Part shown: positions 22,765 to 31,883 of the stretch, piece after piece
Layout of the letters: the number at the start of each line of letters is the position of its first letter
How positions within the stretch are numbered: the stretch's first letter is position 1
Assembly: GCA_963807605.1 (NCBI GenBank)
Contig: CAWECG010000001.1
Location: forward strand, 480,001-544,000
Direction: 5' to 3'
Length of the DNA: 64,000 nucleotides
From: Candidatus Bathyarchaeota archaeon
GTDB taxonomy: Archaea > Thermoproteota > Bathyarchaeia > 40CM-2-53-6 > RBG-13-38-9
Notes under the pieces: generated by a model
Told to the model about the DNA's origin: nothing
What the model saw: the letters and a program-made list of their open reading frames with translations, nothing else
The model's database searches: none
Made by a program: the position numbers and the translations under genes

Positions 22765-22907
22765 TGCAATACCTTGCAGGACTTGTCAGGACCAGTCAGT
22801 CATCCGGGCGGAATATGCACAAACTGAAATGATGCCAAGGAGATGTAATCGCTATTGATACGCCTTAAAGTTACTATTAGAGCTATGTGAAGCGCGTGTA
22901 TCCGTCA

Positions 22908-23819
22908 CTATGTGTGGCTGAGGCCTGCCATTTCCTTCATTACTTCCATTACCACAGAGTAATCCAGATCGCCTTTTCCTTTTGCCTTCGCTATCGTGTA
23001 TATCTCGTTTACAATACTTGCGGTGGGAGTTGGCACATCTAGATTTCGAGTTTCTTCTTTTACAAGGTTCATATCTTTGCACATGAGTCTTAATGCAAAG
23101 GCAGTCTCATAGTTGCCACTTATCATCGATTTACCTTTTACTTCGCTTCCGCCCGATTTAGCTCCAGTTGAATTTATTATTTCAACCATCAACTCGGGGT
23201 CTAATCCAGCTTTCATGCCAAAGACAAGAGCCTCAGCTAGGGCTTGAAGATTAATGGCATTGAGCATGTTATTAACGAGTTTCATGTACGACCCCATTCC
23301 ATTTTTTCCGACATAGAAGGTTTTTTTGCCCATCGCCATCAGGATTTCCAAATTCTTCTCGTATACCTGTTTCTTACCGCCAACTAGGAAAATCAGAGTT
23401 CCTTCTTCAGCCTGTCTTTTGCTTCCTGTAACTGGAGCGTCGAGCATTCCGATACCTTTCTTTTCTGCTTCATTAGCAATCTTTACTGAAGATCTCGGGG
23501 AGATGGTGCTGCAGTCTATTATGGCAGCACCTTCCATAACTCCTTCCAACACTCCATTATTTCCGAGTATTACATCCTCCACCGCGGGAGAATCACTAAG
23601 CATAGTTACAATCGTGTCAGACTTCGCACCCACTTCTTTAGGTGACTTTGCCACGAACGCACCCATTTTCCTTAACTCCTCGGCCTTTTCTAGAGATCTA
23701 TTGTAAACACTCAGTGAATATCCAGCTTTGATTAAGTTCTTGGCCATTCTGCTTCCCATAATCCCCAAACCGATAAAGCCAATTTTCTTTGACACTTTCG
23801 TTCCCAAAACACCTTTCAC
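22908..23819 (-). CDS. 3-hydroxyisobutyrate dehydrogenase / tartronate semialdehyde reductase family
   Basis: GFIGLGIMG, LDAPVTG, KLVNN. Confidence 0.92.
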   Translation of the reverse strand: MKGVLGTKVSKKIGFIGLGIMGSRMAKNLIKAGYSLSVYNRSLEKAEELRKMGAFVAKSPKEVGAKSDTIVTMLSDSPAVEDVILGNNGVLEGVMEGAAIIDCSTISPRSSVKIANEAEKKGIGMLDAPVTGSKRQAEEGTLIFLVGGKKQVYEKNLEILMAMGKKTFYVGKNGMGSYMKLVNNMLNAINLQALAEALVFGMKAGLDPELMVEIINSTGAKSGGSEVKGKSMISGNYETAFALRLMCKDMNLVKEETRNLDVPTPTASIVNEIYTIAKAKGKGDLDYSVVMEVMKEMAGLSHT

Positions 23820-24042
23820 CTGTTTCGCTTAAGTACCTATCTTTCTTCTAGAGCGCTTGTTCCAAATAATGGGCGGGGATCCTTGGACCTTTGAAACCTA
23901 AAGCTCTCTTTGTGTTCCTGACAGTCACATCTTGACACAACCTCTATACATCTTGCCAGTAAACACACTATAGCGCCCACCGATCATGGTCCACCCTTAT
24001 TCTTTTATATTGACATCAATGAAACTTCGAAGATGACGGACT

Positions 24043-24732
24043 TTGGAAATCATAAAGGGCATACATGAGGTAGACGATGTCAATGGCCACGTCTATCTTG
24101 TAGTTGATGATGCTGAGTTGGTTCTTATTGATACAGGGATGCCACGGAGTGCAAGGAAGATTATCGATTACATTACTAAGATAAATAAAGAGCCCTCAGA
24201 GGTCAAATGGATCGTACTCACCCACTGCCACTTAGATCACATAGGCAGTGTACAGAAGCTTAAAGCTCTTACAGGAGCGGCAGTTGCCGTTCATGAAGGC
24301 GATGCCGAATTTGTCGCGGGAAAGAAGATCATGCCATCCCCAAAAGGTGTTATCGGCATTCTCATTAAAGTCGCCTCATTCTTCTTCAAGACGACACCAG
24401 TTCAGCCGGACATAATCCTACACGAAGGGGACAGAATCGGTAAGCTGACCGTTATTCATACACCTGGCCATACACCCGGGAGCATTTCGCTATATGACTC
24501 TCAGAGGAAAGTAATCTTTGTCGGGGACGCTTTAAGATTCGTCGACGGCAAAATTGAGAGCCCACCGGAGCGATTCACAATCGATATGGATGAAGCTTTG
24601 AAATCTATTGGGAAGATATGTCAGCTGGAGTTTGATGTGATGTTGAGTGGACATGGAGAGCCACTGAAACCAGACGCGTCACATAGGGTGAAAGAGTTCT
24701 ACACATCTGTACAAAATGACTCCCCTGCTTAG
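24043..24732 (+). CDS. MBL-fold metallo-hydrolase
   Basis: THCHLDHIG, TPGHTPG, GD, GHG. Confidence 0.92.
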   Translation: MEIIKGIHEVDDVNGHVYLVVDDAELVLIDTGMPRSARKIIDYITKINKEPSEVKWIVLTHCHLDHIGSVQKLKALTGAAVAVHEGDAEFVAGKKIMPSPKGVIGILIKVASFFFKTTPVQPDIILHEGDRIGKLTVIHTPGHTPGSISLYDSQRKVIFVGDALRFVDGKIESPPERFTIDMDEALKSIGKICQLEFDVMLSGHGEPLKPDASHRVKEFYTSVQNDSPA

Positions 24733-24862
24733 GGCACGGAATTCAGTCACTGCATTGACAGGTATAATTAAGCTACACCTGAGACGTATACTATAGCGCG
24801 CACGCCCCGCGCGCTACATTTTTAAGATTATCTTTTGATCGAAGGCACAGGTTGGACTCGTA

Positions 24863-26131
24863 TTGCCAGTTGATCTTTCAAGTGATATTTGTGGCGTTCA
24901 CTTCACAAACCCGTTCATACTCTCGTCAGCCACGCCCACAAAGACTGCCAAAAACATTCTTAGAGGGATAGAAGCCGGTTGGGGTGGAGCTGTTGTTAAA
25001 GCGCTTTCTCCTCTAGATTATAATAGGCTCTATCCTAGACCAAGATTCAAGATCTATTGGCTTAAAGATCAGGGAGCATACCCCAAGATCCTTCCCAGAG
25101 CACTGACGATAACAGACATTGAGGAATCCTCCCATCTGGCTCCTGAAGATTGGGTGAAAGAGCTGGACGAAGCAAAGAAGCTTGCAGGCGACGAGGCCGT
25201 GATCATCGGGCAAATAACCGCTGGCGACATGGAGACTTGGGAGAGTTACATTGAGCTGGTGAACGGTTCAAGAGCGGACATGTTAGAGCTAAACTTCTCA
25301 TGCCCATATGCTGGAGAGCCTGGAACACAGAAGAAGGGGGAGAAGATCGGATGGCCTCTGATGTACATGGCTGAAGAGGTCATAAGGCTTGCTAAGAGGA
25401 AATGCGCCATACCATTTAGCCCCAAGATCTCCTCCCAAACAGGGGAGGTTGATGAGTGGGCAACAAGATTTGAGAGTGCAGGTGCACCGTGCCTAACTCT
25501 GTCGCATAGAATCTCAACCTTGGACATTGACATAAAGACTGCAAAGCCCGTGCCATTCGGCTGCATCATGGGCTTCGGTGGACCCTACCTAGTCGGATTT
25601 TCACTCAAATGGATCGCGAAAACAGCGCCGAAAGTGAATGTGCCAATAATGTCGAATATGGGGATGCTTGAATGGAGTGATGCGGTGAAGTACATAATGG
25701 TCGGCGCCTCAGCAGTCCAGAGCTGCTCCGCAGTGATGGTTCAAGGCTATGATGTTGTCAAGCCTTGGCTTACAATGCTGAGCAAATTCATGGAAGAGCA
25801 AGGCTATTCATCAATAAAGGAAATGAAAGGTCTAGCTTTGCCCCACATAGTCCCACCGAGCATGGTTGAGAGAGGAAATGAAGGCGTCTACGCCGTTGTA
25901 AATCCGTCCAAGTGCACAGGATGTGGAATATGTAAACGCTGTTGCTTCTACTTTGCCATAGATCTCAAAAGTGGAAAAGCAGATGTTGATCTCAAGAAGT
26001 GTGACGGATGTGGGCTATGTCAAGAAGTCTGCCCAGAAGACGCGATTGAGGCTAAGAAAATAGCGGATAGAGACATCTATCCTAGACCGGACTCAAAACC
26101 ATACCATAGACACTACATACCCGGCGCATAG
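24863..26131 (+). CDS. Dihydropyrimidine dehydrogenase PreA-like flavoprotein with 2x4Fe-4S domain
   Basis: NPFILSS, GWGGAVVK, ELNFSCP, C-terminal CTGCGIC/CDGCGLC. Confidence 0.8.
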   Translation: MPVDLSSDICGVHFTNPFILSSATPTKTAKNILRGIEAGWGGAVVKALSPLDYNRLYPRPRFKIYWLKDQGAYPKILPRALTITDIEESSHLAPEDWVKELDEAKKLAGDEAVIIGQITAGDMETWESYIELVNGSRADMLELNFSCPYAGEPGTQKKGEKIGWPLMYMAEEVIRLAKRKCAIPFSPKISSQTGEVDEWATRFESAGAPCLTLSHRISTLDIDIKTAKPVPFGCIMGFGGPYLVGFSLKWIAKTAPKVNVPIMSNMGMLEWSDAVKYIMVGASAVQSCSAVMVQGYDVVKPWLTMLSKFMEEQGYSSIKEMKGLALPHIVPPSMVERGNEGVYAVVNPSKCTGCGICKRCCFYFAIDLKSGKADVDLKKCDGCGLCQEVCPEDAIEAKKIADRDIYPRPDSKPYHRHYIPGA

Positions 26132-26362
26132 TGAAAACAAGAATACATATGCGTGCGAATTCTGGTGCTCCTTCGCGTGTGAATCTATCGCGGGACGCAT
26201 AAGGGCGAATAAGAGCATATTTCTGTATATAGAAAAAATGATTCCTCGTCTTGCAGTATATAGAAGGATTAGGGAGGCGTCTACATCGACCCGTGGTTCT
26301 TTGGCCGTGATAGCGCGCACTCAGAGACTAAGCTCGCAAAAGAACTGACAGTTTTGCTTGAC

Positions 26363-27008
26363 TCATTGTCCGAGAAAAGATTTCATCATGCTTTGGGCGA
26401 TGAGACCGCCTGACGCCTGACCTGGTGAGGATGCTTGGAGTGGATTTCCCCCCCATCACCGCTCGCATGGCGGCTTGCATTGCCGCTGATGAAGTAGGGG
26501 CGCCTGATGCCTTAGCACTCATGAATGACATGGCGGCCGGTGCCAGTTTACTTACAAGATCATTCCCTCCGGGCGTTGCTTGTTGTGACTTTCCAGAGAG
26601 CCTACCGAGCAGCCCCTGCAAGCCGCCAGCACTTGGTTGTGATCCGGTTTGGCTTTGGGAAGCTGATCCGAGCATGTTGTGCAAAAGTAATCCAACGTCA
26701 TTGTTGCTCAGGTTCTGCTGGCCTTGAAACTGGTTAGCGGCTGCTTGAAGCCCCTGCGCATACTGTGAAGAAGTGCTGCCCTGTCCTTGCTCACTCAATT
26801 TTTGAGCAGCGTAACGCAACGCGTCAGAAGGAGGCTGAGATTGCTGAGATTCCAATGCGCTCTTGACGATTCCCAGATTGTTGGCTACATGGTCTCCGTG
26901 ATCGGGGTGGTTGTCTGCATCCATGCTGTTAAGCGTTTCCCGATTACTGTTGACGGCGTTCATTGCTACACCAAACAGTTTAGCGAGATCTGGAGTTGAT
27001 TGAGACAT
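26363..27008 (-). CDS. Hypothetical protein with DAK2-like N-terminus and Gly/Gln-rich tail; probable +1 slip in a G7 run near 26448-26454
   Basis: LNSMDADNHPDHGDH resembles DhaL; the alternative frame NPLQASSPGQASGGLIAQSMMKSFLGQ* gives a natural end. Confidence 0.55.
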
Positions 27009-27318
27009 ATACCATCATCACTGAATCAATCTACATAGGTGCTATTATTGCTATGGGTAGCGTGGGCTTCGCAATCGTCACCCACGTACAGCACGTGTGG
27101 ACTCCGCGCCCTATAAGATCTTTTGGAAGTAGATGAGACATGTTATGATACCGATGAGGTGATGAGTTCATCATCGTCCCATCGGGTTTGAGGATCTTGT
27201 TTGCGGAGATCTTTGTATCGGAGACATTATGCTATCGATGTCACATCAACGACGCGACGAGTGATTGAGCCCAATACGCGCGCGCGTGAACGTCGATAGC
27301 AGCTTGCACTAAGCATCG

Positions 27319-27726
27319 CTACTCTGTAGTTCGTCCGTCAAAGTGCTCCTCACTCGCCATTGCCTCCATTTTGGTGTGACGCACTACTCCGTCTTGGTGC
27401 TCGGGCGGAGAGTAGATCGTGTAGAGTCTGAGGTTTGCTCGCTTAGAAATGTTGACCACATTATGCCTAGCCCCCGCGGGAACGATGACACCATTCCCGT
27501 CTTTGATACGGTGTTCTACGCCGTCAATAATCACTTTTCCTACTCCTGCTTCAAATCTAAAGAATTGATCAACATCCTCGTGGGTCTCTTCACCTATTTC
27601 TTCTCCAGGCTTAAGGCTCATGAGTACGAGTTGACTGTGCTTCCCTGTATACAGCACCCGACGAAAATCAGTGTTCTTCTTGGTCTCTTTCTCAAGACTG
27701 ATTACGTATCCTTTCATTTTTATCAC
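27319..27726 (-). CDS. Cupin domain protein
   Basis: FRRVLYTG..QLVLMSL..GEEIGEETH..DQFF..YSPPEH. Confidence 0.92.
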   Translation of the reverse strand: MIKMKGYVISLEKETKKNTDFRRVLYTGKHSQLVLMSLKPGEEIGEETHEDVDQFFRFEAGVGKVIIDGVEHRIKDGNGVIVPAGARHNVVNISKRANLRLYTIYSPPEHQDGVVRHTKMEAMASEEHFDGRTTE

Positions 27727-27871
27727 CGTAAGTTAATTCAACATCCGAGTTCTTATCAATTTAGCTCTTGTCAAAGAGAAGGAATTGTATGAGCAGCCTC
27801 ACATGTATGTGGGCTGTCAAGCGAACCAGATATCAAGTTTTGTCGAGTGCGTGTGGAGAACCTGAGTATAA

Positions 27872-29344
27872 TCAATTCAACTGTTCTTCATTTGAATTGA
27901 TTTTAACCCATTTTTCTTTCTGATGTGTAATTCTTCTTTCAAGATAGCCTAGAGCATGAGCGAGGAATCTTCCCTCTTGTCTGTACGCTCTTCTTAACGT
28001 AGAATCTCGGGACAAGAGTACTTCCTTGAGTTCTGTCATCTCTTTCTTCGGAGAATACTTGACGTAGATTGGTACCCCGATAGCAAGAAGGGCTAGTCCT
28101 ATCGCGATCTGGACAATTGTACATTGAGATATCAGGAATAAAGAGAATATTATTCCTAAGCTTGGGACTGCTAAGCCCCCTCGAAGGTGGTACTTGGGTT
28201 TCATACTCTTCTTTAGAGAGAATACGGATGCGCTAGTCGCTGGGTATGCAACTGCCATAAAGAAAACGGAACTTGCTATGAGCATGCTAAGATTTCCTAC
28301 AATTGAGGCTATCAGCGCCGTAACAGCTTGTGCCAAGACTGCGAGGTAGGGCGTTTTAAATTTCGGATGAATCTTTGCAAAGATACGTGGGAAAAGACCA
28401 TCTACAGCAAGGGCATACGCAAGCCTAGACGTTCCAATCATGCCCGATTCATCAGAACCAGCAACCGAAAAGAGTGCTCCAACACCAACTATTGCTGCAC
28501 CGATCAGCATCAAAGTGGCATTTGCGCTTAGCATAGTCGTGGTTGCTGACGCCAAAGGTGCAACGTCCGAGGCGAGTTGACTCCATGGTCGAACTCCGAA
28601 AAGCACAAAGTTCGTCGTCAAGTAAAAAACGGTTACAATAGATATCCCAAGTACTATGGCCCTTGGAATAGTCTTACCTGGCTCTCTTATTTCATCAGCC
28701 GGTATAGTCGAAATCTCAAACCCTGCATAAGCCCAGAATATCAGCACCAATGCTGCTCCGAAATTTCCCGCCCCATAAGGAAAGAATGGCGAGAAATTTG
28801 ATATGGTGCCAATAGGATGTAGAAGCATATAGATCAATCCGGCTCCTACAAAGAAAACGAGAGGAGTGAGTTTGATAACTGTTAGAACATCGTTGGTTTT
28901 GCCTGCAGCCCTCACTCCTATAATGTTTGAAATTGCCAGAAAAGCCACAAAAAGCACCTTGACTATAGTCTGGACGGTCCATCCAAGATCTGGGTAGAAG
29001 AACATCAAATAGCGGGTAAAGGCAACTGGAAAAACTGCTAGCGAAATCCACTCAGCAAGCCAAAGTGACCAACCAACAATGAACCCGGCAAAAGGACCCT
29101 ATGCCTCCTTAGCGTATGCATATGGTCCTCCAACCTTAGGAAGCATGGCCGCACATTGAGAGAAACTCAATGCGATCACGATGGTCATTATGCCGGCTAT
29201 TATCCAAACAATTAGTGAAGATGGACCAAGGTACCCTGCTCCAAAAGAAGAGGCCACATAGATATCTGCTCCTATTATGGCTCCTACCACAAGATTTGTC
29301 ACGTCAAAGAGTGAAAGCTCTGACCGAAGATCGATCTTCGTCAT
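27872..29344 (-). pseudogene. APC-family amino acid permease interrupted by one in-frame TAG (29099-29101)
   Basis: GGPYAYAKEA*GPFAGFIVGWSLWLAEW reads through in frame into the 27872-29008 ORF. Confidence 0.88.
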
Positions 29345-29532
29345 TTGCCATCACCGTCTTCGTCTAGGTATCATAGGACTGTCAATCTTTATCTTGCCTG
29401 CGATCCTTTTCTGACATGACCTACGTTAGTTGTATCCGAGTTCAATCTCGCTAAGATCGGTCCGCTCAATAGGAGTGGTTTGATCCTAAGAGGACTCGCT
29501 TATGGAGTGTTGTGTGTCATCGGTTTCGAAGT

Positions 29533-30873
29533 TTAATGTCTTGCTAATGAGCCCAGCGGGTCCCAAAAGGGCAGGACCACCGGCTTGGTGTCAAGGATTT
29601 TCAGGAGTTCTGGAGCGAGATACTCTTTCCTTACTACTACCTCGTAGACGTATTGGTCGAACCATTCATCTATCATATACATGTATCCCTGATCTCCTAT
29701 CGTAGCTCCCCAACTGTTTTCAACGCGCCATTTCTGGGGATTGCCTTTCTCATCGAGGTCAACCCCCGTGATTACCATGGCGTGAGTCATCTCACTATCT
29801 TCATACTCCAATCTTGAAGCCTTATCAAGTTGGAACTTTGTGCTGTAGACTAGTTCATAGTCGTAGATGCTTAGATCCATTGCGCCCATGTCCGTCTGCA
29901 GCATTTTGGCTACGTCACATCCGAACCATACCGCATGATTACCTTTTATCATGTCGACGGTTGCTTTCTTCAGTGTTATCAAGTCGACATTTAGGTAAAG
30001 AGTATCTTGCCCACCGATTACGTTGCCAAGATACTGGACGGTATATGATTTGTCGAAGGGTTTGTCTTTTGTTGGGGCATTGATTAGACTAACATAATTA
30101 TTAAGATCTAATCCTACATATTCATTGTAGAATTCGACTGGCGTAATGTTTCCCCTTCTGTGGAAATTGCCGTCTTTGTCCCGCCACTCCCAGTAAAATG
30201 TCTCTGGAGGGATGCCAAGGTTGATGCACAGTAACCTATAGAATTCTTCCATTAATTCTCTTTTTTTCTTTCTTAGTTCAGTCGTGGAAGCCCTTTCCTG
30301 GTTCATCTCTCGGAGTACTTTGGCATATTCTCTTAGTTTCGTATTGAGCAGAGCATTCATTGGTTCGGAATAGTTGCTATTGGCTGTTTCCGGCATGAAC
30401 GTTTTTGGCATAACGCCGTACTTTTTCAGTAGGTTCACAAACATGTTCCATTGGCCGCCATCTGACATTGGGTCTGAGAGAAGCGCCCCAACTAGCCTGC
30501 CATTCAAGGGCTCTTCCTTCGTTTCAATCACATTTTCCAGGAGGTAGTTGGCTTTCTCCAGTTTGTCCCAAAACATCTGGTATATTTCAGAGAGCTCAAA
30601 TGTTCTCAGATTCAATTTTTTCATGGCTTCAAGAGCCAGTATACTTAGTCCAGAAAATAGCCAGCATCTTCCTGATCTTTCTTGGTTCGTAGCATCTGGC
30701 GACTCGATGAGATCGCTAAAGGTGAAGTTTTGTCTGTCCACTTCTTTTCTACTTAAGGCAACCGCGGCTATACCATTTTCTGTGACGGCATTCATGGAGA
30801 GTATGTTTCTTGGGTCTTTGTTGAAGGATCGTGAAAAAAGTCTCAAATCTTCAATGCATAAACATTTTTCCAA
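29533..30873 (-). CDS. pepC: Aminopeptidase C / bleomycin hydrolase (peptidase C1B); TTG start inferred
   Basis: NQERSGRCWLF, DGGQW, THAM, VENSWG. Confidence 0.93.
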   Translation of the reverse strand: MEKCLCIEDLRLFSRSFNKDPRNILSMNAVTENGIAAVALSRKEVDRQNFTFSDLIESPDATNQERSGRCWLFSGLSILALEAMKKLNLRTFELSEIYQMFWDKLEKANYLLENVIETKEEPLNGRLVGALLSDPMSDGGQWNMFVNLLKKYGVMPKTFMPETANSNYSEPMNALLNTKLREYAKVLREMNQERASTTELRKKKRELMEEFYRLLCINLGIPPETFYWEWRDKDGNFHRRGNITPVEFYNEYVGLDLNNYVSLINAPTKDKPFDKSYTVQYLGNVIGGQDTLYLNVDLITLKKATVDMIKGNHAVWFGCDVAKMLQTDMGAMDLSIYDYELVYSTKFQLDKASRLEYEDSEMTHAMVITGVDLDEKGNPQKWRVENSWGATIGDQGYMYMIDEWFDQYVYEVVVRKEYLAPELLKILDTKPVVLPFWDPLGSLARH

Positions 30874-31173
30874 AAGATACCCTCTGAATATCTTTTTCTT
30901 GTTATAAGATATAAGATAGCTATAAGATGTTGCAAGTCGTTGAAGCATCACATCATTTGTTTCATTGCTAACGGAACGAATTACAGCTGAGGAACACTCA
31001 TTATTCAGATCATTTTGCCACATGATCTCGAAGAGGGAGGCCAGTTCAGCCAGCCCATACCTAGATGGGGACTAGTATATTGAAGAGAAGAAATTACCTA
31101 CGATTAAAGTGTAGGCATAGGACGCTATCTTGCCATCTGATCATTCTCTCTGTAATATCTGGACGCGTCTTAG

Positions 31174-31438
31174 TCATCTTTCCTTGAATAGGAAAAATAT
31201 TATCGAGATTGCCAAAACAGTGGCCGCCACTATCTTGAGTTGAAAACTCGTTTTACGGGTCTTGTGATGAAATGCAAACATCCCCAACAACTCCGCCAAA
31301 GCCTCCTGCCAGAGAGATCAAGAAGAACCACATTTCTGGCACTCTTTCAGAGTCCATCTTTGCACTGAACTTATCGAAACCCATCAGGAGAAGACTGCCG
31401 ACGTTTACAATGAGTAGATAGATCCAGATTAGGTCCAA
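31174..31438 (-). pseudogene. DUF1294-family membrane protein, frameshifted
   Basis: MGFDKFSAK..RVPE..GG, then GMFAFHHKTRK in another frame. Confidence 0.75.
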
Positions 31439-31481
31439 GTTTGGGATCGGCTCACCTTAGTGGAGAAGTGACTACGCCCAC

Positions 31482-31868
31482 CGCGCGCTTAGTAAGGCTT
31501 GTTAAGGCTTGTCGAAGCTTACCAACATGCTTCTCTAGCATTCACCAGAACTGTATACAAATACAGCACATAAGCCTAGTAAGCTTCAGAAGGCTTTGGT
31601 AAGCTTATGATAAGGCTTGTTTGATACGCTTTTGTAGCTTCAGTATGCTAATGTGTACCACTGAAGTATACACTTTGAGACACTTGAACACTGTATCCTT
31701 AGGCATTGAAGACACACTAATCATCATCTGCAAGCACTATCTCAGGCTCAAGTATGTGTACATATGTACGCCTAGCGACCATGACCATAGGATAGAGATG
31801 AACCATAGTAGAATGTACTATGTACTAAGTACCTCGTTGCCGGCCAGAAAGTACAGCACGCGCGCGCG
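31482..31868. repeat. Non-coding block with ~10-bp phased AAG(G)CTT repeats, bounded by (GC)n motifs
   Basis: GCTT at 31487, 31497, 31507, 31517, 31529, 31583, 31593, 31603, 31615, 31628, 31637. Confidence 0.65.
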
Positions 31869-31883
31869 TAAAAAGATGCACGA

